Origin: Candidatus Omnitrophota bacterium
GTDB taxonomy: Bacteria > Omnitrophota > Gorgyraeia > Gygaellales > Profunditerraquicolaceae
DNA length: 62,536 bases
Assembly: GCA_028715415.1 (NCBI GenBank)
Contig: JAQURX010000012.1
Coordinates: forward strand, 1-62,536
Direction of reading: 5' to 3'
The notes under the pieces were generated by a model. That model ran no database searches. It worked only from the letters and a program-made list of their open reading frames with translations, and was not told the DNA's origin. A program made the translations under genes and the position numbers. This document shows, piece after piece, positions 45,553-54,793 of this stretch. Every line of letters starts with the position of its first letter. Within the stretch, counting starts at the first letter, position 1.

Positions 45553-46713
45553 ATGAGAAGAATATACTTGGATTACGCTGGAACAGCGCCAACCGATCCT
45601 CTGGTTGTTGAAGCAATGGCGCCGTATTTTTTTGATAAATTTGGCAATGCTTCAAGCATACATTCTTTCGGGCAGGAAGCAAAAAAAGGAATTGAAGACG
45701 CGCGCGAGGCTGTTGCCAAATTCTTAGGCGCAAAACCTCAAGAGATTATTTTCACCTCCGGAGGGACAGAATCAAATAATTTCGTTATTAAAGGCGTTGC
45801 TCACGCTTTAGAGAAAAAAGGCAACCATATTATTACTTCTGTTATTGAGCATCACGCGATAAGCGAGCCGTGCAAGTTTCTTGAAAAAAGAGGATTTGAG
45901 GTTACCTATGTTAGAGTAGATAAAGATGGCTTGGTTGACCCTGAAGACATAAAAAAGGCAATCACCGATAAAACAATCCTTATCTCAATAATGCATGCGA
46001 ATAATGAGATTGGGGTAATCCAGCCGATAGCTGAAATCGGAAAAATTGCCAAATCTAAGGGGATTTATTTTCACACCGATGCTGTGCAGACTGTAGGCCA
46101 CATCCCGGTGAATGTGGATGATTTGAATGTTGATTTGTTATCCATCTCCGGGCATAAATTTTACGGCCCTAAAGGCGTAGGGGTTTTGTATGTAAGGCAG
46201 GGAACGCGTATTGAGGCTTTTCTTCTTGGCGGAGACCAGGAGAAGGGCAAGCGCGCTTCCACCTATAATACTCCCGGGATAGTGGGTATTGGGAAAGCAA
46301 TTGAACTTTGCTCGCAGAAAATGGATGAAGAGGCTAAATTCCAGATGAAACTGCGGGATAGGTTAATTAATGAGATTAATGAGAAGATCCCCGATGTCAG
46401 GCTTAATGGCCATGCAACTAAAAGGCTTCCAAACAATGTTAATTTCTCTTTTAGGTATATTGAAGGGGAATCAATGCTTCTAAATTTAGACATGCTTGGG
46501 ATTGCTGTTTCAACCGGCTCTGCTTGTACCTCGGCTTCATTAGAGCCTTCGCATGTTTTGCTGGCTATCGGCCTTCCGCATGAAATCGCGCACGGGTCTT
46601 TAAGGTTTACTTTAGGCAGGTGGACAAAAGAAGAAGACCTGAATTATCTGATGGATCATTTACCTAAAATTATCCAGAAGCTTCGCGCGATGTCGCCACT
46701 CTACGATAAGTAG
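45553..46713 (+). CDS. Cysteine desulfurase (NifS/IscS class)
   Basis: Has the PLP-lysine context SGHKFYGPKG and the active-site loop SSGSAC-type STGSACTS. Confidence 0.9.
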   Translation: MRRIYLDYAGTAPTDPLVVEAMAPYFFDKFGNASSIHSFGQEAKKGIEDAREAVAKFLGAKPQEIIFTSGGTESNNFVIKGVAHALEKKGNHIITSVIEHHAISEPCKFLEKRGFEVTYVRVDKDGLVDPEDIKKAITDKTILISIMHANNEIGVIQPIAEIGKIAKSKGIYFHTDAVQTVGHIPVNVDDLNVDLLSISGHKFYGPKGVGVLYVRQGTRIEAFLLGGDQEKGKRASTYNTPGIVGIGKAIELCSQKMDEEAKFQMKLRDRLINEINEKIPDVRLNGHATKRLPNNVNFSFRYIEGESMLLNLDMLGIAVSTGSACTSASLEPSHVLLAIGLPHEIAHGSLRFTLGRWTKEEDLNYLMDHLPKIIQKLRAMSPLYDK

Positions 46714-46733
46714 AAAACTTAAGGTTTAACATA

Positions 46734-47774
46734 ATGAGTAAATTGCCGAAATTAGGGAAAATTCATTCGGATTTTTTTAATAAGCACATCTACCATAAGC
46801 TTGGAGCATTTGATTCAAGTGTAATTGTTAAACCTTGCTATGGAGTGGACTTCGGGGTAGTTGATTTAGGCAGCAAGGTGATGGTTTTATCAACGGACCC
46901 ATTTTATATTGCCCGGGATTTAGGCATTGAAAAAGCCGCATGGTTTGCCGTGAATATTATCGCAAGCGATGTTGCGGTTTCCGGAATTGCCCCAAAGTAT
47001 TTATCTATTGATTTAAATTTACCTCCTGAAATCAGCGAAAAAGAATTAATAAGATTATGGGATGTTGTTGACCGCGAATGCAAAGCCCTTGGCATTAACG
47101 TGGTGACGGGCCACACTGCCCGTTACGCAGGATGCAATTATCCAATGGTTGGCGGCGCAACTATGATCGGCATTGATAGTAAAAAGAAACTTATTAAGCC
47201 GAAAGCTAAAGTAGGCGATGCGGTTATCGTAACCAAGGGCCCTGCTATTGAAACCACTGGTTTAATGGCAGCATACTTCCCAAAATTTATTGAGAGAAAA
47301 TTTGGCAAAGTATTCTTAAAGCGCGCTCAGGATGTGTATTATAAAATGTCAGTGGTTAAAGATGCTTTAACTGCTGCTAAAGTCGGCGGAGTAAGTGCTA
47401 TGCATGATGCAACTGAATGCGGGGTTTTTGGCGGGCTATACGAAATTGCCGTATCAAGCAAAGTAGGTATGCATATTTATTTAGATAAGATGGTTATCTT
47501 AGAAGAAGTTGAAAAGACCTGCCAGTGTTTTGGAATTGATCCTTATAAATCAATCAGCGAAGGCACACTTCTTGCTACGGTTAGAAAAGATAAAGCTGCG
47601 CAAGTTGTGGATGCATTGGAAGATGAAGGCATTGCCGCAAGCATTGCCGGAGAAGTTGTTTCGCAAAAAGAAGGTTTGTGGGTTTTTGATAAAAATAGGA
47701 AATCCAAGTTAGAACATCCCAAAATAGACCCTTTCTGGGCTAAATTTGAGGAATACTTAAAGAAAAATGCGTGA
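46734..47774 (+). CDS. AIR-synthase-related (PurM/ThiL/HypE/SelD superfamily) protein
   Basis: Architecture and motifs of the PurM superfamily (DPFYIA.., ASDVAVSG.P, TGHTA, MHDATEGG-like MHDATECG). There is no SelD-type N-terminal Cys/Sec loop and no HypE C-terminal Cys. Confidence 0.6.
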   Translation: MSKLPKLGKIHSDFFNKHIYHKLGAFDSSVIVKPCYGVDFGVVDLGSKVMVLSTDPFYIARDLGIEKAAWFAVNIIASDVAVSGIAPKYLSIDLNLPPEISEKELIRLWDVVDRECKALGINVVTGHTARYAGCNYPMVGGATMIGIDSKKKLIKPKAKVGDAVIVTKGPAIETTGLMAAYFPKFIERKFGKVFLKRAQDVYYKMSVVKDALTAAKVGGVSAMHDATECGVFGGLYEIAVSSKVGMHIYLDKMVILEEVEKTCQCFGIDPYKSISEGTLLATVRKDKAAQVVDALEDEGIAASIAGEVVSQKEGLWVFDKNRKSKLEHPKIDPFWAKFEEYLKKNA

Positions 47775-48723
47775 AAGAATCCTGGAATTATTGAGGAAAA
47801 AGGACGATTATGTTTCTGGTGACCAAATCAGCCACCGTTTAGGCATCACCCGGCAGGGTTTATGGAAGCATATTCAGGAATTAAAAGAAGTTGGGTATGA
47901 TATTGTTGCTGTTCCGCATTTGGGCTATCGTTTCCAGTCCGCTCCCGACAGGCTTTTTGATTTTGAAGTAACAAAAGATTTAAATACTAAATTATTAGGC
48001 AAGAAAATCCATTATTTTGATAGCGTTGATTCAACGATGAATGTTGCGATGCAGCTTGGGCTTAAGGGTGCGCAAGAGGGGACAATAGTATTAGCGGAAA
48101 CCCAAGTTAAAGGAAAAGGCAGGCAAGGGAGGATTTGGTCTTCTCCTAAATATAAGGGGATATATCTGTCATTAATATTGCGGCCCAAATTACTGCCAAC
48201 ACAAGCTTCTATATTGACTTTTGTAAGTGCGGTGGGGATTTGTGAGGGAATAAAAGAGGCGACAGGCATAGACGTGCAGATAAAGTGGCCCAACGACATC
48301 TTTTTACAAAATAAGAAATTAGGCGGGCTTCTTACTGAGCTCGACGCCGAAACAGATAAAATAAATTTTCTGGTTGTTGGAATGGGTTTAAACGTGAATA
48401 ATGACAAGAAATCTTTAATAGCGCAGGCAATATCGCTTAAAGAATTTAGGAAGGAACAGGTCAACCGTGTAGTTTTATTGCAGGAAATATTACGTAAAAT
48501 AGAATCAAATTACCTTGCTTTCCAATTAAAGGGCGCGCATTTTATTACAGAAAAATGGCGCCAGCATAGTATTACTTTAGGCAAGAGGGTAAAGGTTTAC
48601 TGCCAGAAGGAGCATATTGAAGGAGAGGCGGTTGATATTGATGTTGACGGAGGCCTTCTGGTTAGAAATGATACCGGGTTTACTCAGAAGGTTATGGCAG
48701 GAGATGTAGTACACTGCAGGTAA
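47767..48723 (+). CDS. birA: Bifunctional biotin-[acetyl-CoA-carboxylase] ligase / biotin operon repressor
   Basis: Has an N-terminal wHTH (ISHRLGITRQGLWKHIQEL) and the motifs GKGRQGRIWSS and KWPNDI. Confidence 0.9.
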   Translation: MRERILELLRKKDDYVSGDQISHRLGITRQGLWKHIQELKEVGYDIVAVPHLGYRFQSAPDRLFDFEVTKDLNTKLLGKKIHYFDSVDSTMNVAMQLGLKGAQEGTIVLAETQVKGKGRQGRIWSSPKYKGIYLSLILRPKLLPTQASILTFVSAVGICEGIKEATGIDVQIKWPNDIFLQNKKLGGLLTELDAETDKINFLVVGMGLNVNNDKKSLIAQAISLKEFRKEQVNRVVLLQEILRKIESNYLAFQLKGAHFITEKWRQHSITLGKRVKVYCQKEHIEGEAVDIDVDGGLLVRNDTGFTQKVMAGDVVHCR

Positions 48724-48757
48724 TGTAAACTAATATTATCAATCTGGTTGACAATTG

Positions 48758-48795
48758 CCCCCGTATTATTATAATAATACGGGGGTTTTATTTTT
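48758..48795 (+). terminator. Rho-independent terminator after birA
   Basis: CCCCCGTATTAT..ATAATACGGGGG stem followed by TTTTATTTTT. Confidence 0.75.
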
Positions 48796-48802
48796 AATCC
48801 AA

Positions 48803-50590
48803 ATGTCAATCATACTGAATCTATTTATTGTTTTTATTGCTTTCTCCTCCTGTTTTGCACAAGAGGAGTGTTCTCTTGAGAAAATTGTTGTCCGGCAGGA
48901 AAGAGGGTATAGTGATAACTTAAGTTCCCAAGAGATAAGAGAGTTCCAGCCCGATTATTTAACCAATCCATTAAATTTAGTTACTGGCCTTGATGTGCGC
49001 AGCAGAGCAGGTTTTGGTATCCAGGGGGATCTTTCTCTGAGAGGTTCTACCTACGAACAGGTAGCTGTTGCAATTGACGGAATAAATGTAATGGACCCTC
49101 AAACAGGGCATTACAATCTAGATTTGCCTCTTACAATTTTTGATCTTGAAAAAATTGATATAAAAAAATCAGGGGACTCTTCATTCTATGGCGCAGGAGC
49201 ACTTGCAGGGAGTGCCAATTTTATTACAAAAAAAGTAGTAAAGAAAGAACTAAACTTAAATACCGAGTTTGGAGAAAACGCGCTTTTTGGGCAAACCTTT
49301 TCTTTTAGCCTTCCTTCTGATACTATCTCAAGCCGGGTTTCTTTTGACCATGTTGTATCCAAAGCTGCACGGCCGAATACCGATTTTGAATACAAAACAG
49401 CTTCTTTTTATTTAGAAAGAGATTTTAAAACAGCGCGCCTGGATACGTTATTTGGTTATCAAAAGAAAGATTATGGAGCTGCAAATTTCTACTCTAATCT
49501 TTTCCCCGAAGAAGAAGAGCATACCGAAACAATATTTGTAAAAACCGGTTATAATCAGGATTTTGGTTTGGGAGAATTAAATAACAATGTTTTCTTAAAA
49601 AAGCACCGCGATAAATTTATACTGCAAAGAAATAACCCGCAGTCTGTTAATTATCATACGACTTATGTTTATGGCATGCATTCGGATTACGCCCTGCCAA
49701 TAAAATTCGGCGAGTTTTCTGTAGGAGCTGGCCTCGGAGAAGACCAGATAAATTCTTCAAATTTAGGAAAACATTCAAGGTTGCATGAATCTTTTAACAT
49801 CGGAGCCAATGTTTTCCCGAAAGGTAGATTATCTGGCGAGGCCCGGCTAAGGATGGATTATTATCAAGATTGGTCTTGGCAGGAATCCTTTAACTTTAAT
49901 TCCAGTTATGATTTAATCGGTAATTTCCTTAAATTAAAGGCGGCCTTCTCCCGGGCATTTCGCATCCCGACCTTTACGGAATTATACTATTCAGATGCGG
50001 CAAATAAAGGAAACTCTGACTTAAAAATTGAAAGGTCGGATAATTTTACTCTAGGCGTAGATTCTTCTTACAAACAGGTAAGCTTAGGGATAGAAGCTTT
50101 CTTAAGGCGTGGCTTTAATCTTATTGATTGGACTCGTAAGACTAATCAAGTCCCCTGGCAGGCGAAGAATCTGGGAAGAATAGACTATAAAGGATTAACA
50201 TTTAACTCAATATTATATGCTAACTGGGATAACAGGGCTTTTAAAATAAAAGAGTTAAAATTTTCATATAATTATAACTATGCTGATAAAAAAGAGGAAG
50301 GACTGCTGTCCAAATATGCGCTTGATATCTTAAAGCACCAGTTTCTTTGCGGTATAGATACGCAAGTTCTTGGTTTGACTGTTAACTGGCAACTTGCATA
50401 TAACCAAAGGTATTTTGGGCCGAGTTATTTTCTGGGTAATTTTTATATGAGTAAGAAATTTTACAATAAATCATTAAGTATTGAGCCTTTTGTAAAGATA
50501 GATAACTTTACTGATGTTAAATATTGCGAAGTTCAAGATGTGCTTATGCCGGGTAGGTGGATTAAATCTGGTTTAAAATTTGAGTGGTAA
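48803..50590 (+). CDS. TonB-dependent outer-membrane receptor
   Basis: The ATG at 48803 gives the signal peptide MSIILNLFIVFIAFSSCFAQ. The plug motifs LSLRGSTYEQVAVAIDGINVMDP are present. The C-terminus GLKFEW ends in an aromatic residue. Confidence 0.75.
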   Translation: MSIILNLFIVFIAFSSCFAQEECSLEKIVVRQERGYSDNLSSQEIREFQPDYLTNPLNLVTGLDVRSRAGFGIQGDLSLRGSTYEQVAVAIDGINVMDPQTGHYNLDLPLTIFDLEKIDIKKSGDSSFYGAGALAGSANFITKKVVKKELNLNTEFGENALFGQTFSFSLPSDTISSRVSFDHVVSKAARPNTDFEYKTASFYLERDFKTARLDTLFGYQKKDYGAANFYSNLFPEEEEHTETIFVKTGYNQDFGLGELNNNVFLKKHRDKFILQRNNPQSVNYHTTYVYGMHSDYALPIKFGEFSVGAGLGEDQINSSNLGKHSRLHESFNIGANVFPKGRLSGEARLRMDYYQDWSWQESFNFNSSYDLIGNFLKLKAAFSRAFRIPTFTELYYSDAANKGNSDLKIERSDNFTLGVDSSYKQVSLGIEAFLRRGFNLIDWTRKTNQVPWQAKNLGRIDYKGLTFNSILYANWDNRAFKIKELKFSYNYNYADKKEEGLLSKYALDILKHQFLCGIDTQVLGLTVNWQLAYNQRYFGPSYFLGNFYMSKKFYNKSLSIEPFVKIDNFTDVKYCEVQDVLMPGRWIKSGLKFEW

Positions 50591-50739
50591 TAGTGGCGCT
50601 TCCTGCCGCCGAGTCACCCGCTCAATTAGAATTCAAGTAATTTTCGTTATATTCTAGAAATAAAACCATTTCCTATTTACTCTTTCTTCTACTATAATAA
50701 TTAAAAACAACATAGTTAATCTTTACAGAAGGGAGAGAA

Positions 50740-51033
50740 ATGTTTATTCATTCAGTTTTATTTGAGATTCAGCCTAAAGAGGTCAAAAAATACCGTAAAG
50801 ATAGCTTAATGTGGGCAAGTTACACTAAAAAAGCAAAAGGTTTCATTGCTTACTATACAATGAAGCGTTATGGTTACTTAAATCAATACGCTTCTGTTTA
50901 TGAGTGGGAGAAAAAACAAAATCATGACAGCTTTATGAAGAAATTCCATGATTATCTGGTATCTAAGTCTAAAGCAAAGGTTAAAGTCTTAGGCTACTAT
51001 AACCTTAAGGCAATTGACAAGGATAGAAAGTAG
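50740..51033 (+). CDS. Small hypothetical protein, possibly ABM (dimeric alpha-beta barrel)-like
   Basis: Has a GGGAGAG SD and is 97 aa. The family resemblance is weak. Confidence 0.35.
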   Translation: MFIHSVLFEIQPKEVKKYRKDSLMWASYTKKAKGFIAYYTMKRYGYLNQYASVYEWEKKQNHDSFMKKFHDYLVSKSKAKVKVLGYYNLKAIDKDRK

Positions 51034-51120
51034 CTTTTCATTCTCCAAAGAATCAGCTTTTTTTGTTGAAATTCACAGGATTTTATAATATAATACCTTT
51101 AATTAAGCGAGGAGGCTAAA

Positions 51121-51306
51121 ATGAAAGCATTGGCAAATATCTTTGTGGCAATTGGTTTGGTTCTTACGATTATTGCTATAGCTGGAAGGATCAGCGGGCA
51201 ACCGGGGATAATTAAAGGCTATAAGGTGATGAGTATACTATTGGTAGCTAATACCTGTTTTTTAATCGCATTGGTTTCTAAAGTATTTAGTTCCTGTAAA
51301 AAATAA
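51121..51306 (+). CDS. Small two-TM membrane protein
   Basis: Has a GAGGAGG SD. It is 61 aa with two hydrophobic helices. Confidence 0.45.
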   Translation: MKALANIFVAIGLVLTIIAIAGRISGQPGIIKGYKVMSILLVANTCFLIALVSKVFSSCKK

Positions 51307-51337
51307 GCTAAAAATATAGTTTTTTAAAAAAGAACAG

Positions 51338-51375
51338 AGGGGACAACTCTTAATTAGCTGTCCCCTTTTCTATTA
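51338..51375 (+). terminator. Intrinsic terminator candidate
   Basis: AGGGGACA..TGTCCCCT stem followed by TTTCTATTAT. Confidence 0.5.
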
Positions 51376-51383
51376 TAGAATAT

Positions 51384-52490
51384 ATGTTTACAAGAAAAAA
51401 ACTGGTAAGAGTAGTAGTGGCAATGAGCGGAGGAGTGGATTCTTCGGTAGCCGCAGCCCTCTTAAAACAAAAAGGCTATGAAGTCATTGGGATTACTATG
51501 TGCTTTAACCTTATTGATTCTCTTGGGAAGAAGCCAAATTGTTGTGGCCTGCAGGGAATAGAAGATGCAAGAAGAGTTGCTCACAAATTAGGTATTAAAC
51601 ATTATGTAGTTAATATGCAAAAAACTTTACAGGATAAAGTTATTAAAGATTTCTGTACGGAATATGCAAGCGCAAGGACTCCGAATCCTTGCGTAAGGTG
51701 TAATCAGTATGTAAAATTTGGTGCATTGTTGGATAAAGCACTTTCTCTTGATGCTAAGTATCTTGCAACCGGGCATTTCGCGTCCATAGGAAAGCTTTAT
51801 CCAGGTAAGAAAAATCCAGCCGCGTTCGTTCTTAAGAAAGCAAAGGATAAGAAGAAGGATCAGTCTTATTTTTTATACCGCCTTAATCAAAGACAGCTTA
51901 AACATATTATCTTTCCTTTGGAGAAATTTACTAAACAAGAAGTGCGAAATATCGCCCGGGATTTTAACTTGCCTGTTGCAGATAAGAAAGAAAGCCAGGA
52001 GATATGTTTTGTCCCCGGGATGGATTACAGGGCATTTTTGAAGAAAAACTTTTCATCAAAAAGTAACGAGTTCAAATGCGCAGAGATTGTAGATAAGAAT
52101 AACAAGGTTGTAGGAGAACATAAGGGCATAGCATTTTATACAATCGGGCAAAGAGAGGGGATAGGAGTTGCGTTGGGCTATCCTGCTTATGTTACAGAAA
52201 TCAATAAATTTAGCAATCGCATTACTTTAGGGCCTAAAGAGGATTGTTTAAGAAAAGAGTTTTTAGTTAATGATCTTCATTTTGCTTTTAAGCCCATAAA
52301 AAATGAAATTGTGTTAAAGGTAAAGATACGATATAATCATAAAGAAGCTGCTGCTTTAATCAAGCCCTATTCTGGCAAACTCAAGGTTTGTTTTAAGAAA
52401 GCTCAATTCGCTATCACCCCGGGTCAATCTGCTGTGTTTTATAATCGGGATAAAGTTATCGGCGGCGGGATAATTGATGAGGTATTATAA
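51384..52490 (+). CDS. mnmA: tRNA 2-thiouridine(34) synthase
   Basis: Carries VAMSGGVDSSVAA, NPCVRCN and DQSYFL motifs. Confidence 0.9.
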   Translation: MFTRKKLVRVVVAMSGGVDSSVAAALLKQKGYEVIGITMCFNLIDSLGKKPNCCGLQGIEDARRVAHKLGIKHYVVNMQKTLQDKVIKDFCTEYASARTPNPCVRCNQYVKFGALLDKALSLDAKYLATGHFASIGKLYPGKKNPAAFVLKKAKDKKKDQSYFLYRLNQRQLKHIIFPLEKFTKQEVRNIARDFNLPVADKKESQEICFVPGMDYRAFLKKNFSSKSNEFKCAEIVDKNNKVVGEHKGIAFYTIGQREGIGVALGYPAYVTEINKFSNRITLGPKEDCLRKEFLVNDLHFAFKPIKNEIVLKVKIRYNHKEAAALIKPYSGKLKVCFKKAQFAITPGQSAVFYNRDKVIGGGIIDEVL

Positions 52491-52495
52491 AAATC

Positions 52496-53413
52496 ATGAT
52501 AAAACCATTAAAAGATGTAGAGAATAAAATTAAAGAACTTAAAAAGAAACGGGATGCGGTAATCCTAGCGCATAATTATCAACTCCCGGAAGTCCAGGAT
52601 ATTGCTGATTATCACGGGGACTCGCTTGAGCTTTCCCGTTTGGCTGCAAAAACCGATGCTAAGGTTATTGTTTTCTGCGGGGTGTATTTTATGGCTGAAA
52701 CAGCCTCAATTATTTGCCCTGAAAAGAAAATAATTGTTCCGGATCATCTCGCAGGTTGCCCGATGGCAAATATGATTAAAGCAAAAGACGTCGTGGAATT
52801 GCGTTTAAAACATCCCGATGCCGCTGTCGTCGGGTATGTAAACACTCCGGCAGAAGTGAAAGCGGAATTAGATTATTGCTGTACTTCAACAAATGCCGTA
52901 GCAGTCGTTAACGCGCTTAAAGACAGAAAAGAAATCATTTTCGTCCCAGATAAATATTTAGCGGACTACGTTTCAAAGAAAACCGGAAGAAAGCTGATTT
53001 CTTGGAATGGATTTTGTCCGACTCATGTAAAGATATTGCCGGAAGATATTAAGCGGGAGAAGAAGTTTCATCCCAAAGCCAAAGTCGTTGCGCATCCGGA
53101 ATGTTTGCCTTCTGTCTTAGCATTAGCTGACGAAGTGATTTCTACGAGTGCAATGTGTAAATTTGCCAAAGAAACCACAGCCAAAGAAATTATTGTTGCA
53201 ACAGAGGTAGGGCTTATTTACCGGTTAAAGAAAGATAATCCGGATAAAGAATTTTACCCAGCTTCCGAAGCGGCAGTTTGCCCGAATATGAAACGCACGA
53301 CTCAGGAAAAAGTGCTTTGGGCGTTAGAGGAGTTAAAAGAAGAAGTCAGAGTAACGAATGACGTCCGTAAGCGTGCAAAGAAAGCAATTGATGCGATGCT
53401 AAGCATTATTTAA
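52496..53413 (+). CDS. nadA: Quinolinate synthase
   Basis: Shows the ILAHNYQ, VFCGVYFMAET and HPEC pattern. Confidence 0.9.
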   Translation: MIKPLKDVENKIKELKKKRDAVILAHNYQLPEVQDIADYHGDSLELSRLAAKTDAKVIVFCGVYFMAETASIICPEKKIIVPDHLAGCPMANMIKAKDVVELRLKHPDAAVVGYVNTPAEVKAELDYCCTSTNAVAVVNALKDRKEIIFVPDKYLADYVSKKTGRKLISWNGFCPTHVKILPEDIKREKKFHPKAKVVAHPECLPSVLALADEVISTSAMCKFAKETTAKEIIVATEVGLIYRLKKDNPDKEFYPASEAAVCPNMKRTTQEKVLWALEELKEEVRVTNDVRKRAKKAIDAMLSII

Positions 53414-53414
53414 C

Positions 53415-54041
53415 ATGAATATCCCGGTTGTGTATGAAGACGACTGGCTTTTGGTTGTAGATAAGCCGGCGGGCTTACTTACAATACCTACGCCTAAAAA
53501 TGAATCCCGTACATTGACAAGTATTTTAAATGATGATTTGGAGGCGCGGCATTTAACTTATCGCCTTCATCCCTGCCATCGCCTTGACAGGGATACTTCT
53601 GGATTAATTATTTATGCTAAAGGTAAATCTTTTGAGAAGAAAATGGCGGAATTGTTCCGCCTTAGGAAGATAAAAAAGACTTATATCGCTTTTGTGCAGG
53701 GGAATCTTAAACAGCCCGTTGGCCGGATAAATAGCCCGATAGAAGGATTAACTTCCGAGACCAAGTATAAAGTTATTGAAAAAAGAAAAATTTTTGATAT
53801 TGTAGAAGTTCACCCTTTGACAGGAAGGACTAACCAGATCAGGATCCATTTTAAGAATTTGGGGCATCCTATTTTAGGGGATACAAAATTTGCCTTCCGC
53901 AGGGACTTTTTATTAAAGTCAAAAAGATTGTGTTTACACGCAGAGAGGTTAGAGTTTGTTCATCCGGAAACTAATAGGCCGGTAATCCTAAAGTCTGCTT
54001 TACCCAAAGAATTAAAAGATTTTTTAATTAAGAATTCTTAA
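53415..54041 (+). CDS. RluA-family pseudouridine synthase
   Basis: Carries the catalytic motif HRLDRDTSG, plus GRTNQIRIH. Confidence 0.85.
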   Translation: MNIPVVYEDDWLLVVDKPAGLLTIPTPKNESRTLTSILNDDLEARHLTYRLHPCHRLDRDTSGLIIYAKGKSFEKKMAELFRLRKIKKTYIAFVQGNLKQPVGRINSPIEGLTSETKYKVIEKRKIFDIVEVHPLTGRTNQIRIHFKNLGHPILGDTKFAFRRDFLLKSKRLCLHAERLEFVHPETNRPVILKSALPKELKDFLIKNS

Positions 54042-54049
54042 TTAAGGAT

Positions 54050-54793
54050 ATGGAAAAATATATTATTCTAGGGATTGTCCAGGGTTTAACCGAGTTTTTC
54101 CCTGTCAGTAGTTCAGCCCATCTTGTGATCCTGCAAAAGATATTCTGCATAAATGGGAAAGACGTGGTTTTACCGGTTGTCCTGCATCTGGGGACGGCTT
54201 TATCTTTAATTATTTTCTTTTTTAAAGATTTAGTCGGTTTATTTAAGAATCTAAAACTTCTTTATTTTATTCTTATCGTAAGTTTAATTACCGGTGTCAT
54301 TGGTTTCTTGGGAAAAGATTTTTTTGAAAGCCTTTTTAGCTCGGTAAAGTTTGTTGCAGTTGCACTGGTAATAACCTCAGTAGTATTATTCTTAACTAAG
54401 AAGTTTATGGATGGTAAAAGGCAAAGCGCTAATCTAAAAGATGCTTTGATTCTAGGTTTTACCCAGGCGATAGCAATTGTGCCCGGGATTTCCCGCTCAG
54501 GCATTACTGTTTCAACACTTTTATTCCGAGGTATAAAAAGAGAAGAGGCTTTTAAATTATCTTTTATTGTTTCTATCCCGGTAATTTTGGGTGCTGCACT
54601 TTTGGAATTTAAGAAAATAGGTTTGGAGCTTAAGGCAGATTTTTTTAATCTATCCGTTGGCTTTATTTCTAGCTTTATCGCGGGCTTACTTTCTCTTTGG
54701 CTGTTAAGATTATTGATTGCCAAGGCGAAATTGTATTATTTTGGTTATTATTGTATAATTGTTGCTATCATTACACTAATATTTATAAAATGA
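54050..54793 (+). CDS. uppP: Undecaprenyl-diphosphate phosphatase
   Basis: Carries GLTEFFPVSSSAHL and PGISRSG motifs. Confidence 0.9.
   Translation: MEKYIILGIVQGLTEFFPVSSSAHLVILQKIFCINGKDVVLPVVLHLGTALSLIIFFFKDLVGLFKNLKLLYFILIVSLITGVIGFLGKDFFESLFSSVKFVAVALVITSVVLFLTKKFMDGKRQSANLKDALILGFTQAIAIVPGISRSGITVSTLLFRGIKREEAFKLSFIVSIPVILGAALLEFKKIGLELKADFFNLSVGFISSFIAGLLSLWLLRLLIAKAKLYYFGYYCIIVAIITLIFIK

Noticed and set aside
48755-48802. The ORF-track start (TTG at 48755) for the TonB-dependent receptor.
   Set aside because: The extension MPPYYYNNTGVLFLIQ is the translation of the birA terminator hairpin. The ATG at 48803 gives a normal signal peptide.
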